Positions 1 through 13,960 of a DNA stretch of 64,000 nt are shown one piece after another. The notes under the pieces were generated by a model. The model was not told the origin of the DNA. It worked only from the letters and a program-made list of their open reading frames with translations, and made no database searches. A program made the position numbers and the translations under genes. Numbering within the stretch: position 1 is the first letter of the stretch; every line of letters starts with the position of its first letter. The DNA is from Antedon mediterranea (lineage: Eukaryota > Animalia > Echinodermata): positions 124,001 through 188,000 of the forward strand of contig NC_092672.1 of the NCBI RefSeq assembly GCF_964355755.1. The letters are read 5' to 3'.

Positions 1-267
1 TAAAGCAAACAGTAACTTCAAGCACATACTTTAAGTATATTTTTTAGTTTAGTAGTTTAGTATTATGGTTTATAACGCACCTCAGTATCTTTTCCATCAT
101 TATTGGTTAATTATCTTGTTTTTATTTCACAATGCATCACACATGTTATTAGATTAATATTTAAATTGTGATTACACAGACAATATTCAGTATTTAGGTA
201 ATTGTTAATTAGTATTAATTTGTATTAATATTAGATGCACAAAGTGTGATCAAGTTGAAAAACTTAC

Positions 268-2807
268 CCTGTGGCAACATTGTAAACTTTTCCTGCATCT
301 ACCATGGCTGAACATAACTTGACAAGCTAAATCAAAGTTAATGTTAATAATTGAGATACAATTTTTAAAATATTAAAAAACAAGTTTTGCATCAACAACA
401 ACATATGACTTACAAATATAGACCTTCTTAGATACAATTCTGGTAGAAGAAAAATAAATTTAATTTAAATTAGAAAATTAGAATGTATTATAAGATAGGC
501 TACTTTGATTAATTTTATGTTGTGTCATAAAAACCCTACGGGCATTACTATTATAGAGATAGGTATGAAAAACTTTTAACCAAAGCGTGCATTGCAAACA
601 ACTAAGCAGTTTATTTCAGAGAAATCATTGAAGAGAGAAAGTTTACCTTTTCAAGTTTAATTTCCAAATCAAATATATCAAGTTCCACGTCCTCCAATGA
701 AGCCCTATATATTAAAATTAAATGAATGAATGTAAAAATAGACCTTAGCTAGGCTAGATACTGGTACTGGTACTGGTTCAAATAACCGGCTCACAGAGAC
801 ATCTGGTAGCCATTGACTTGAAGTTGGCATTTGGATGTGTTACTTTTAAATGTAGGCCTACAGTATGAGAGTGACTACTACCAAATTACACAGTCACAAA
901 ACAACTTATAAAACAGTTCATATATACAGTTAAAACATTGCTGGGAATTATAAATTTCTGTTGATAGTATGGTACCTGTATTTTTGCGTAGACTACTAGT
1001 ATTAATGTTGCTATTTAAAAAAAAACATTATCCAAACCAGGGCCGTAGCCAGGATCTGTCAAGGGGGGGTTCGGACACTAAGTATTTGGGTTACCCCCCC
1101 ACCCCCCTCCTGGGGGTGGGGGTGGAGGTGGGGCCTGAGGCGAAGCGAATTTTGTTAAATGACACCCCTAGATGGCCGGAAAAGACACTCTCATGCAGCA
1201 AAACGATCGTACTTGGACTCGTGGACTATTTAAAGCTTGGTTCCCACTAGCGACGCAACGTAACGCAATCTAAGCAACATAAGCAAATGCCCTTCCAATA
1301 ATAATAATTGTGTTTTCCCCCGCCTGCGTGAAATTAAACCTACGACGTTTGCAGCACTATTGCGTCGTCGGTTCCCACTTATGATTACGTAATACAGCAC
1401 TTTGCATCGATACGTTGCTACGTTGCGTTCTAGTGGGAAGAACCACGCTTTAAGGACGATAACATTTGTTGCCGTATGTTAGATGCGCGTGCTGTGTGCG
1501 GAACCGCCGATTGTTTGATAATTCAGTCGGTATTTTGTTTTGCGTTCAAGTTCAATGCGAACGTACGTCTAAGAGAAGCCCAAAGCACACTGGGTGAAGG
1601 CAAATGCAATTCTTATTATAGCTCTATCTATAATATTTATTTACAGCAATTTGTTGATGAAATTAAATATGCCAATGTAAATAGGTGTTATTGATACAGT
1701 TTTGAGTATGTATCGGCTGGTGGTGGTCTAGAAAAAAATAATCGGATGCCATAATGTGAACTACAGTACATGATACCATAGATATTATAGTGTAATATAT
1801 TAATAATTCACTATAATCCTCTATGATGATGATACATTATACTCAAAGCCACACATAAATACTAATGTACGTTGGAAGGCTATATACTTTATGCATGCTG
1901 ACTGCCAGTGATCTAAACAATAGGTACGCAGTTGTCGGGCGGTGTTCTTTGTACGAATCGTTCGTGCCCCAGCTCGCTCTGAGACGCGTCAATATCATGT
2001 TACATATGCAGGAACCAAACATTTATTTTTCAGGTTATATTTGGCAATTCATTTACAGACACGTATCGCTCGAAGTACGCTCATACAGGGAAGAAGGTAC
2101 TGTATGAGTTATTCACGAACGAGTTTACGAATTTTTCAATTTACAAACAACCTTTTGTACTGTGGGGCACGTATTTAGAGGATTTTCGGGGATGAGGGTG
2201 AGGTATTGGGCATGTCGGGGATGGGGGTTCGCAGTCGGTTAAGGGGGGTTTGCTGTAAAGGGGGGGGTTCGCCCGAACCATAAAAACCCCCCCTGGCTAC
2301 GGGCCTGCAAAAAAACCATGCATGTGGTGTAGTAAATCCAGTATCATTTTGGCCTAGGCTAGGGTAGGCCTACCTAGGTAGGCTATTATATCAGCATGTT
2401 AAAATTGGAGATTAGGCCTAGAGGCCTACTACTACTAGCCTACTACTAGGCCTATACGTTTTGAGCTACTAGCCTAGCCTACTACTACTACTACTACTAC
2501 AGTAGGCCTAGGCTAGGCCTAGGCCGATATTCATAACTGCCTAGTAGGCCTACTAGCTAGGTCTAGGAATATAGCCTAGAAAAGGGCAATTTATTAATTG
2601 ATGCAAATCTAGGCCTAGGCGTAGGCCTATAGGCCTAGTAGTAGAAGGCTAGGCCTAGCTAGCCTACTAGGCCTAGGCCTAGCCTAGGCTCTAGGCCTAG
2701 GCCTAGGCCTAGCTAACAGACAGATATTATAAACAGATATTAGTTATTACTTACCGAAACCTGGGAGAATCCTTTAGGCATTCATCAAATGAAATATTAG
2801 GCTTCAT
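268..2807 (-). CDS. ACAP2: ACAP/centaurin-beta (Arf-GAP with coiled-coil/BAR, ANK and PH domains), 5' exons 1-3; gene continues beyond the left edge
   Basis: GT-AG exons 2807-2755 (53 nt), 704-647 (58 nt) and 326-268 (59 nt) splice in frame to MKPNISFDECLKDSPRFRASLEDVELDIFDLEIKLEKLVKLCSAMVDAGKVYNVATG. This matches the N-terminal BAR region of ACAP1/2/3 (FEECLKDSPRFR...LELKLDKLVKLC). The paralogue number is nominal. Confidence 0.93.
1038..2307. mobile_element. Non-autonomous DNA transposon (MITE) in ACAP intron 1
   Basis: Terminal inverted repeats CAGGGCCGTAGCCAG (1038) and CTGGCTACGGGCCTG (ends 2307), one mismatch. G-rich/C-rich subterminal runs. No clear TSD. Confidence 0.7.
1234..1449. mobile_element. 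Small TTAA-flanked MITE (Kolobok- or Harbinger-like) nested in the larger MITE
   Basis: TTAA|AGCTTGGTTCCCACTAG ... CTAGTGGGAA(GAA)CCACGCT|TTAA, with internal inverted ACGCAACG/CGTTGCGT repeats. Confidence 0.7.
2351..2712. repeat. TAGGCCTA/CTA low-complexity tract at the start of ACAP intron 1
   Basis: Dense AGGCCT/TAGGCC/CTA motifs immediately after the exon-1 donor. Confidence 0.8.
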
Positions 2808-5800
2808 GACTAAAGTAAATCAACACAACACAAGAAAACACATATTTAACAATGATAATAAACTAGCCTAAGCTTACAGCTAGCAAAAAACTGCAGTAGC
2901 CGTTCGAAACACTACTCCTTCCGCCACGCAGCTGTAAATCTCGCCTTTTCAATTCCGATATTCCGAGAGCTGATGAGAGAGAGAGAGGCCGCTATACTCT
3001 AGGCTATTTCCGTTTTAGTTATTACCACGGCTGCCGTGTATATCCGACGTAATCGAATTTATAATAGATGTTTGATTGATGATGTGAATTAAATTTGTTT
3101 TTTATCCTTAATTAAATGTATTATTGCATCATTATGATAGCTGTATTAACGAATAGAATTTGCGCAAAAATGCTATCTTATTGTTAACAAATTTTTATTG
3201 AATAATTGAAGCAACTTAGTAGGCCTATGGAGACATTTTAAAGTCATATAAAATAATGTTACTCTTCCATCATGATTGCCATGAATCTGGCGCTGTTTTA
3301 ACTGTGGATCGATGGGTTTTAGAATACTATTTTTTAATCTTGTAATATTATTATAGGCCTAAGATTAAACGATGGTGAACAAAATATTGAATCGAATGTT
3401 TATAGTTTTAATAACGACGTATCAGTAGGCCTAAACACCTATATTTGAAAATGTAATGTTCTCGGGCCATGTACGCCGGTGTCCATGGGAACCAAACCCG
3501 ACACAAGCTAAAATACACAACGCGCATCAATTTAAGTCGTTCATAAACTAATTAAAATGGATTATAAACCCTAAAGCAGCATTATTATGTTACAATGAGA
3601 GGAGACACTACATACGTTATAATATTAAAATGTTCCCACTCTGAACAGTCCTTTGTCACATCTATCTTACGTAATTCGTATCTCTAAAGATATTGAATTA
3701 ATTACAGGTAATGACATTAAGTCAACTGACTTATCGTCAAGTATCAGCTTAAAATAGATGTGTAATTATATCATTATTGGTTGGTGTCCATAATTGATCC
3801 GTATATTAGTATAAAATAACCACTCTAGTAAAATGACATCATTTGTCGAGATAATATCTTTGGGAATATTACCGACGTGTTAAAAGTATGCCTACACATT
3901 GCACGGTTATGTGAAAATTATAAAAAATCTAAATTAATAATTTGTATATTGATATAATAACTGCTTAGTATAAGATTATTATTTGACTGTAAAAAAGCAC
4001 ACATACCCTCCGGTATAATAATAGCGCAAAAGAAAAAATAACATTCAAACTCTACCTCCCTTGAATGAATAAACTGAATACTCTGTGCATGTTATTATTC
4101 TAGAACAATTACGTCACAAATGAACACCCAGTCCCATAGGGGATGACATAAAACCATCTTATTTGTGCACATCATTATCATCACAGTCTGGAGAGACAGA
4201 GCCGACGCTGTCTGTCTGTCTGTCCACGCCGCCAACAATCAGTTCCCTCACCTTACTTACATCATCAATATTCACGTCAACAGTATATAATTATTCACAA
4301 AAACAAGAATGAATGATGTGTGAAAAATATTGATTATTGTAAAAGTAACAAGAATGTCAACATGAATGTTTCACACAAACAAAACATAATATTCATAATA
4401 ACGTTTTCGTTGTTGTCGATTTGTATGTCATTGTCGTTTATACGATATACTAGACGCAAGAAGAATTATTTTCCATGTATGCAGTAGACATAGCCTGTGC
4501 TTACTGACGGTATTATATGCGGATATTTTTAAAGTAGATTATCTTAGATGAATATTATGAAATCCATTACTAGATCTTATCGAAATACACTAAATGAATA
4601 AAAGTGATATTTCTATTTTAGGTGGCAATTCGTAGAATCTCAAATACATGATTTAAAAAAATATCATTTTGCATATTTTGTATAATAATATACATCACAA
4701 ATCGTAACATTCTAAAAAGTAAAAATGATGTATTATAATGAGGGTTACATATAACAATTGTTACGTGTCCTTTGTATTCAAAAACATAAAAATGAAATGT
4801 GTTTAACAGATGTATGGAATTAACATCTGCTTATGTGTTTTGTTAAACATGGTATATATATGATACTCCATGCATGGCTTATTTATTAATCTTATACACA
4901 TTATTCTAATAAGATCCATCCATGTAAGTGACGAACAAAGAATTGTTCTAATAACCTCTTTGTTTTTTTACATGATTTTAAGTAATTCTTTTAGGCCTAC
5001 TGAAAATATCTAGAAACACTACCATTTAGAAGGACTATGGTAAATTATAAATAGATATGATATCATAACAGAACAGCACAACTGCATTGGTTTGAGTTGA
5101 GCTACTGAGTAAAATAATAAATATTCATTTTAAATTGTGTTTAAGCAAAAGTCGGTTAATTATGTTTCTTGGACATAACACCTTTTGGGAGGATCTGATT
5201 TGAATCCCTTGCCAAAAGACTATCAACTGAAATATTTAAATGATCAACTTCAATACACATTGGTGGAATGATAAGAGAATAACAACAACAATTAAAAAAA
5301 TCTTTGCAGTGTGCCAAAGAAAGATATTTCCCATTGGATTCAATACGCCGCAGTTTAAAACAAATAAGTAGGTTTCTATAACTTGTTTGAATCACTGGAG
5401 CAAATCAGGTGCTGGTTTATTAGTTATGTTATTGTAGAAACGTTGCATATAGCAGCCTAGATTCTGTTTAATTATTGTGTATCGTACGTTGTTAAGAACA
5501 GTGTTCTTCCAAATATTCATAAATAAATTATTTTTCTTTCAAAATTGTGGTCAATTTAAATGCAAACATGTTGTAACCCATTCCAGTTGTCTTGCAAGTC
5601 ATAAATCTTCCTAAAATAGGCTTACAATCAAAATAAAGACAGTCTATAGGGCCTTCGGAAAGAAAACATGTCGAAAGAAGTAATTCTCTGACAGTCGTCT
5701 ATCAGAACAAACGGTGTATGCATTTCATTTTAATGTTAAATACATACTGGTACTTATCAATAAAACAAAGTACTAAACACTAGAATTTTATTTTCTTATG

Positions 5801-8800
5801 TGTGAATGGCATGTTTTTGTCCTGCTGTGGAATTAATAAACGTATTTTAAGGTAGTTTCGAAATGCTGCTTTTCTTTTTTCCTTCTTATTTATGATATAA
5901 AGTCCGGTCAGAGATACAAAAACTTGTTATTTTTGTTTTTATTTCTAGTGGAAATAAAGTCTGAATACTTTACTACAACAAGTGTAGTCTACTTGAGTAA
6001 CACGTCATACAAAGTTGTCAAAACAAGAAATTCACTGGTATGCACTGTATTGAAATCTACAATTAACGTGTTCGTTGGGAAAGACTCACATAACTATCGA
6101 AATTGATCTGCAGAATCCACCTTTGACAGCTTCACTTATTGTATCTAAACATTATTTTCTAATCATCCTAGTATCAACTAATAGATATTTATATTATATG
6201 AATAAAAAAGGGTATTCACGCAGAATACGTCGAATAATGTGACGTATACCAATCATCAAATGTGACATCTAACTAATTTCTTTTATACTTTAATTACATT
6301 TGGCTGGAAGCAATTGCCCCTGGTGCAATATTCTGATATTCTAATCAAACAAGATGATCGGTAATGGCCATGCTTCTTGTGTTTAACTTTGATAATTGCT
6401 CAAAATGTTGCAAATTAATCAGCATCTTATGGGTTACAAATGTGCGTGACTTTGTTACAGATTAACACAAATAAACAAAAAAAGGAATATCATTTAAAAA
6501 GGTATAAGTTTGTCAGTGGGATTCATGTGGGGAAATTTTTACTTATTTCCGTTTTGTGAACATTTCATTTGGTTATGACATTGAACAATCTATAGCATTT
6601 AGTTGGCAATCTTCGAACACCATCAGTAGTATAACCTACAGGTATACTACAAATTCATTATACTTTGACTTCGCGTACCTACATTTCATTCTTATTTCCA
6701 TTTTTAAGTACATTTCATTCTTATTTCCATTTTCTAGAACCAACAACATTCCTCTTCCTCGGACTAAACCCCACATAATGGTTTGTAGAAATGAGAATTA
6801 CTCTAGCAAGCCTTACCCTATACTACGTAAAAAGGAGTCACCTTCGCCACATTCTGTTATAAGAATATATTCTTTCTTGGACAAAATGTTAGATGATTTA
6901 ATACACAGGTCATCCATTTGGCATGGGTGAATCTTGAGATACAAAATCAACATATGATAGTACCCTGGTCACCATGGAATATTACATTTACGTTGAATGA
7001 GTGAATACACAGGTGATGAATTTGACATATGGATCAGGTGAATCAACGATATAAAACCAGAAGACCAGGACAGAAAGATACTATACTGGCTTGTCGCCGA
7101 TACACGTACGGCGGCACAAAGCGTTTGTTCTAGAAAGTTCATAGTGAAGCATGGTACGCCAAGTTGATCTCTAGTGAATCTGTTGATTGTTTCCCGAGTA
7201 ATCAAGATTAACATAAACCAAAGGATTAGTTTTCATGTGGTGTTCAAGTAGAAGAAGAAGAGTATAAAATCATTCTCATAGTTCACTCATCATCACTGAC
7301 AAGATAATCATTTCTAATAATGTTCGATGAAACAGTACGGTACGTAAATGGCAACTAATTGATATTAACACTGTCGGTGTTAAATGAGATTAACCTTCGG
7401 TTTATAATAAAGTACTCATCTTAGTCAGGTGTATAAGTACCATTCAAACCTTATCGTATGTTAGCCTATTTTACGTGTAAAACTTTCATATTCTTCAAAC
7501 ACTAAATCAACACGTTGTATTCGTGGAGAGAAAAAAAATAAGACCAAAAAAAAAATGTACAATAATAAAATGATTGCACTTGAAATATTATTTAGGATGA
7601 TTCTTAATTATACATTATATTTCAGTTAAGGTAACGCGAACGATGGAATTGAGTTTCACAAACTATAGACAAAAACAAAATACGACTAAACCTCTCCTAT
7701 TTCATTAATAATTGTATAAGTAGATCACGTCCTGATATACAATACGAATGAATTTCACTCGCCATCGAGTATAACATTTCACATTAAATCTATGGTTATT
7801 TGATAGAGCTGACTCGATCATCATATACGCCACAATAGCTTGGTTACCTCTTGGGCAAATGATTAATCCCAATAAGTTTTTCCGAAAAATAATAAATTGT
7901 TTAAAAAACAAACTAAATATACAGTAGTAAAGTAAATATATATATACATAATAATAGTCTTCTGATGAGTGAGTTGCACGACTCACGAAACAAGCCTGTA
8001 GAGACCAAACTGTAGTTTTTACTTCTTTTCCAGACTTAACGTATATATTGTAATAAAAACAATAGTCTGAAATAGTTTCAGAATTAATAGGTGGTAATAC
8101 TCAGAGATATCATATTAAATTAAGTGTATGCCGTAAAGTTTATAGTTATCTTTTACCTTTTATTTTACGACGAATAGCCTACATTTTATAAACTCACTAC
8201 TCATAAGTTGAAGGGTCTTTTTTATGATTACGTTTGAAGCCGAACAAGTTTCATTATCTCTTACTTAAAAACAAATCATTGAATGTCTGGATTAAAAAGA
8301 AGGTGTAGTTAAAATTATATTTGAAGTCATATTGAATGTCTTTTAACATATCACATAACAATAAATAGCGTCAAGCTAAACAAAAAAGTAAATCAAGAAT
8401 TGATGAGATATATGACGAGAGGAACCTAAAATCCTTTACTTAATGGTCGTTTGCATGACAACATACATATGACAGAGGCAAAACATCAAAATACCATGGG
8501 TACATACTTTGCACATTAGGCCTATGTTAATCCAAAAAAATATAAGTAGATAAAACAAACAAGAAACCAAGATTCTCTCCGTTGGCCTGATGCGGTTATA
8601 GTTAAAACGCCCACATTGTAACAATGTTCAAAGCACTTATACAATGTGTTTTTATCTTATATAACATGTTTAAATTGATTTAATTCATAATCATGATTTA
8701 TGCTACGACAATAGATCAATGTGTATTCACGGTTGAAAATCCCATAAAAACAATGCGATGCTTTACAGTTGACTGACAGTGACGTCATATTAATATCCTG

Positions 8801-9139
8801 CAAATGAAATGCCGGTATAGTACGTTATTATATTTTTATTATTTAACTTTGAGTAACAGGATATTGCTTTTATTTCTCGTTTATTGCTGAAAGGATCGAT
8901 TACATAAAATAGATGAGTAAACGTAATATAGATCAATCAGGAGCAGTAGCACTATCATAAAAATCAAAGAAACTTTCTAGACAGTGGTGGTGGTGGTTGT
9001 CATATTGAACAACAGCAGGATGGACTATCGGTATATTATAATATCATCACTGTAAAAGAAGTGTCATGGGGACTGATATTACGCACCAGCTTTCCATTGG
9101 CAATAAGGGAAATCATTTCACATTAAGCAGTAATATAAT

Positions 9140-9920
9140 TATGATTCAAGATTCAAAAAATGTTTTTAAAATGGAATTTCATTTTGCTTGGCATAATTAA
9201 GACAATAAAACTACACTAAAAATACATCAAATTGCACAAACGCTATAGGGCATTGTTAAAATACTGTTAGAACGATTAAAAATTATTAAAACTATAAAAA
9301 AAATTACAGTATGGAGTTATTGTCGAAAATTTGAATTATACATAATGAATGCTATTTACAACAAAGGATGTCCTAGTTCTACATAGATTGGGTTTTGGTG
9401 GTCATAGTCTAATGACAGATCTATTGAAATTGTTATGTAACGGATGAGTATAGGTCTTTCATATCAACTGTTCTTATAATACACTTCTCGTAAATAAGTG
9501 AACATTGCGTTATTTCTGCTTTAATAAGACGTTATGCAATTGTACGTGGTCTCTCTATATTTGTCTTACCATAAAAACATTCAATGCTAAAAGATAATAC
9601 TTTGATAAAATAGGATTGAAATAGTGTTATTAACTCTAATTTTGCTTGAGCTTTCCGAGAAAGTCTTTGATAGGCCTATGCCTTCTGGGAAATCATAAGT
9701 TAGTTAGATTCCCAACTCTAATTTGTTATCTTTTATAGTTTAAGTACCGAAATATTTATATTGGGTGACTCTTTCAACCTTAGTAAATTATGTTCTAATG
9801 CAGTATTATGCAGTCTATCATCATCTCTTTGGTTTTGGTAATTTTAAGAATTAAGTGAATGTCTTAACTGTCACCACTTTACAAATCTCTCAACTTCATT
9901 AAATTATCATTTACATCTTG
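9140..9920 (-). mobile_element. Decayed 3' fragment of a CR1/Rex-Babar-type LINE (RT C-terminal region)
   Basis: Broken minus-strand translation gives VERFVKW, ITKTKEM, VERVTQYKYFGT, QKA..YQRL and ILFYQSII...FYG, typical of the post-RT region of CR1-group LINEs. GATTCAA tail repeat near 9143. Stops and frameshifts present. Confidence 0.7.
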
Positions 9921-10421
9921 CTTTCCGTCAAAAGAAAGCCACTAATTACAGTATGGTCAGAAAATGTAACATTTTGCAAATTCTACTTTAAAATATTTAA
10001 ACTATACTAGAATAAAATGAAATCAAAATTGGAGAAATAATTCTTTATCCACGATAAGATACCGTTGTACTTACCATCTGCGGCACCCATTGCAGTAGCA
10101 AAAGCAGAGAGTTATAATAATACCTGTAGGTCTAACTGTAAAAATAACACATCACATATTACATAACACTATTACACATTTGCACCTACCATTACCACCG
10201 TCACATTAAATTTGCATATAGAGATACAATTTTCAAGTAATTAGCAATCAGTCGATAATTCTACCTATATTGTATGTTAATCAAATATCTCTCACAATAA
10301 TTAATCAACTATTTTAATTACCGTTAATTTAATTAAGTCATAATGTAGTATGTGGATGGCAAACTTATGGTTACAAATTTAAGGCATCAATTAGATTGGA
10401 TTGGGAACTCTGAACATGGAC

Positions 10422-10597
10422 AACGACACAAAAAGTACCCTACCCACTTCTAGTATAACGACACAACAAGTGCCCTACCCAATTCTAGTATAACGACACA
10501 AAAAGTGCCTTACCCACTTCTAGTATAACGACAAAAAAAGTGTCCTACCCAATTCTAGTATAACGACACAAAAAGTGCCCTACCCACTTCTAGTATA
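10422..10597. repeat. Minisatellite, ~35-bp unit x5
   Basis: Unit AACGACACAAAAAGTGCCCTACCCACTTCTAGTAT. Confidence 0.9.
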
Positions 10598-11474
10598 ATT
10601 TAATTCCATTACACCAATGAAAATATCAAAATGATGTTCAAAATATTATCATTAGAATTGTTTATTTTCATCCTTGTGATCACTCTTCGACATCGTACTA
10701 AACTATAATTATTACCAAATACTATTTTGTTTGGCTTCTGTGTCCTCTTGTATTTTTCAAAACGCATTAGAAGGCAGAACATTTCAAGAATTTAGGAGAA
10801 TTATTTCCTGTCCTTATACATCCTAAATATCCAAAACATGTCATGATGCCAAATGTATATATAGTATTTAAATTCAACATATAAGAACAGGATGATTTAT
10901 TTCTGTTCATACAACCAGAATATACCAATGTCTCCCGATATATATTTCAAGTAAGCTAAAAATAAATATTGTGATATTTTTTTTCTGTTTTGTCGGAAAA
11001 ATATCGATAATAAGAAATATAATTAGGATTGTATTTGTTTTAATAATAATAATAATAATAGTAAGTTATTTGAAAGGATGTTCTCTTTCAAATTATACTT
11101 TCAAAGTGTTTTAAACTGAAGACTTATCGTTACATCTGTGTGTATACGGAAGATATTCATCAGTTACCGTACTTAATGGATCGCCCTGTTAGGAATATTA
11201 ATGATACCACTCTGAAGGCACGTCTTTGAATAATATCGTAAATTCAACGTCAACAACAAATATTAAGACAAAAATATTTACTTGAATATTAATTGAATGA
11301 CGTTTATTGATTAGATTCGTGCATCTAAATCAAGTGCGTCAAGCTGACTTAGTAACGTTTTATAGTTTATTCGATCTGAAATGAAAACACGCAATATAAT
11401 ACTATATATCCAATCTGCAGACAGTACTGTTTCGATCTTATTAGATCTCACTATATATAGATTTTGAATTGGGG

Positions 11475-11811
11475 ACATATACAATGTAAGCATAAACACA
11501 CAACATATACAATGTAAGCATAAACACACAACATATACAATGTAAGCATAAACACACAACATATACAATGTAAGCATAAACACACAACATATACAATGTA
11601 AGCATAAACACACAACATATACAATGTAAGCATAAACACACAACATATACAATGTAAGCATAAACACACAACATATACAATGTAAGCATAAACACACAAC
11701 ATATACAATGTAAGCATAAACACACAACATATACAATGTAAGCATAAACACACAACATATACAATGTAAGCATAAACACACAACATATACAATGTAAGCA
11801 TAAACACACAA
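11475..11811. repeat. Minisatellite, 28-bp unit x12, near-perfect
   Basis: Unit CATATACAATGTAAGCATAAACACACAA; explains the three overlapping repetitive ORFs. Confidence 0.95.
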
Positions 11812-13620
11812 CCAAAACACTTCTACCTTTATAGTATGAACAATTATTAATCGAATCTGATAAAAACATAACACAATTCGAAACAATAAATGGCCTAAAT
11901 GTAAAACCCTATATTTTTTTAATCATCGAAACGATATGAGACACATTTTTTTTTTTAGTTTAACAAACATACGTTCAGCAACAAGCCGAGTGAAGACTTG
12001 ATGGGCTAAATCCTAATAGGTCATTTATTACAGTAAATTAGCGGCGGCACTTGAAAGCATTATTATTAGCCTAAGTTTAAAGATTTATTCCATGTCGGTT
12101 GATAGCAAATTATACTGGATAAACGATGAGAAAGCTCATCTACAATGTTTACAGCACATTTAAATAGAGATTGTTTCAATGTAAATTATGTAAATTAAGC
12201 AGTTCAACACGAATATATCACATCGGATACAGGAGTGTTTAGAAGACAAACTTTTTTATAAGAAAACTAAGCCTAATCTGTGAATGGCTGTGAGATATAC
12301 TAATGATTCAGCGTAAAAAATGGTTATACCTACTACTTTAGTTTGTTTGTAAGTCACTCACGACTCACGCCAATTCGTGCACAAATCGCTACTGTCTCAA
12401 AAGTGCTATTCCAAATAAATTATTATTGTTATGTGTTTCATAATAAAATATCGTAGTTTAGCCAATTATGATAATTCGAGGTTATAAAATTATAATGAAT
12501 AAAACATAATGTGACTATCACAACTTTAGCAGCACGTCTAACCCGTCGTGTTAAAAATCATTTTAACAATTCATTCATTACTTGACTTACTGCTGGTTTC
12601 CGTGTAATTTAAAGTTAGTAGGTAAGTAAAATAATGATAGCATTAAAGATAAAAACAATCGTTATTAATGTAGGCAGATTTATTGATCAGTATTATTTGG
12701 GTACTCTGTTTTGTTGATGGTTTTACTGCAATAAACACAGTTTAGTGGATCATCAGTAAACGTTATCTGAATTGGTAATCTATTCATTTAATGCTCTCAT
12801 ACATTTTATTGTGTTACTATCTCTTAATATAATGCACAGTATCAAAGAGTTAGATTCACACCTAAAATGTATTTCATGTACTTTTTTGTCCTCCTGAACT
12901 ACGGTGTGACATTCGCATCTTGATCACGTTGCATGTTCATCTTCTTTCGCCAAATTATTTCTAGAACGGCGATTTCCAAAAAAAAAATATGTCGACGATG
13001 TCACACAGTTTCAGAATAGACGTAAAGAAGAAGGTTAATTTTAATTACATTCATTCATTTAACCAATTTTTTAACAGTTTTTTGAAACAAATGTTAGTAA
13101 AATGTGCTTACCGTAGACTAGAGTACATTTCCATAGATCAGAGTAGTACCATCAATAATAAATAAGTTTTACTTTATTGCGCACCAGTGGATTGAAATAT
13201 GTTCATATATAATCAAATAATTTTAATATATAAAATATTTGAGGGAATAAAGGATTAATCATCGCACAACAGGATTACAATTTAGCCAAATATGATTACA
13301 AACATTTGCATCAGCAACCTCATTTATAAAAAGCAAGGGTGATACAAATGAGTTTTATATATACAGGGTTTCTAAGAAATATAGACAATACAATAGACAA
13401 TGTCGTCCTCAAGACACGGGTACACTCCGTTATTATAAGCTCTTTACTATTTTAGCAACACAATACAAAATATCTAAATAGAAACCGACCATCAGTAAAA
13501 TTCTATCTGGTAAATGTACGTTAATTCGATACATACCATTCAGAGCATTTATTATGCGTTTATTTTAAACTGATAGATTATATCTAGTCCAATTCACCTG
13601 ATATAGAGATGTATAACCAT

Positions 13621-13786
13621 CCAATCACGTTATCCAATTGCAAGAAACCGTACCTACTTTTTCATACACAATAGTTAAAATAACGTTATGGTTGGATCCA
13701 GCCAATCAAAAGTCGTATAGAGTCTGAGATTTGTGTAAAGAAGATTGGTCACGCAATAAAGGTTTCCAAGTCAGTTGTTATATAAA
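13621..13786 (+). promoter_or_regulatory. TATA/CCAAT core promoter of the cryptic neuropeptide gene
   Basis: TATATAAA at 13779-13786, about 95 nt upstream of the ATG. CCAAT at 13621 and 13702, ATTGG at 13744. Confidence 0.6.
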
Positions 13787-13879
13787 CTAAACTACACGCA
13801 TTGTGAAGCAATCAACTCGACATAAACCATCGTCTGTGGTCTTTTCTTTGCGTTCTTGCCAAGTACACCTTCTAAAAAC

Positions 13880-13960
13880 ATGAAAACTTTATTTCTTTCT
13901 GTAGTGTTAGCATGCAGTTTGTTGGTGGTATACACTTATCCATTAGATGAAGAGGAAAGG
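13880..13960 (+). CDS. Exon 1 (signal peptide) of putative novel neuropeptide precursor
   Basis: Basic N-terminus, hydrophobic core, probable cleavage near VYT|YP, acidic start of propeptide, consensus GTGAGT donor. Confidence 0.8.

Noticed and set aside
969-2178. Short ORFs in ACAP intron 1
   Set aside because: They lie within or overlap the MITE and show no transposase or other motifs.
11311-11886. Three overlapping Cys/hydrophobic ORFs
   Set aside because: A 28-bp tandem repeat that is open in all frames.
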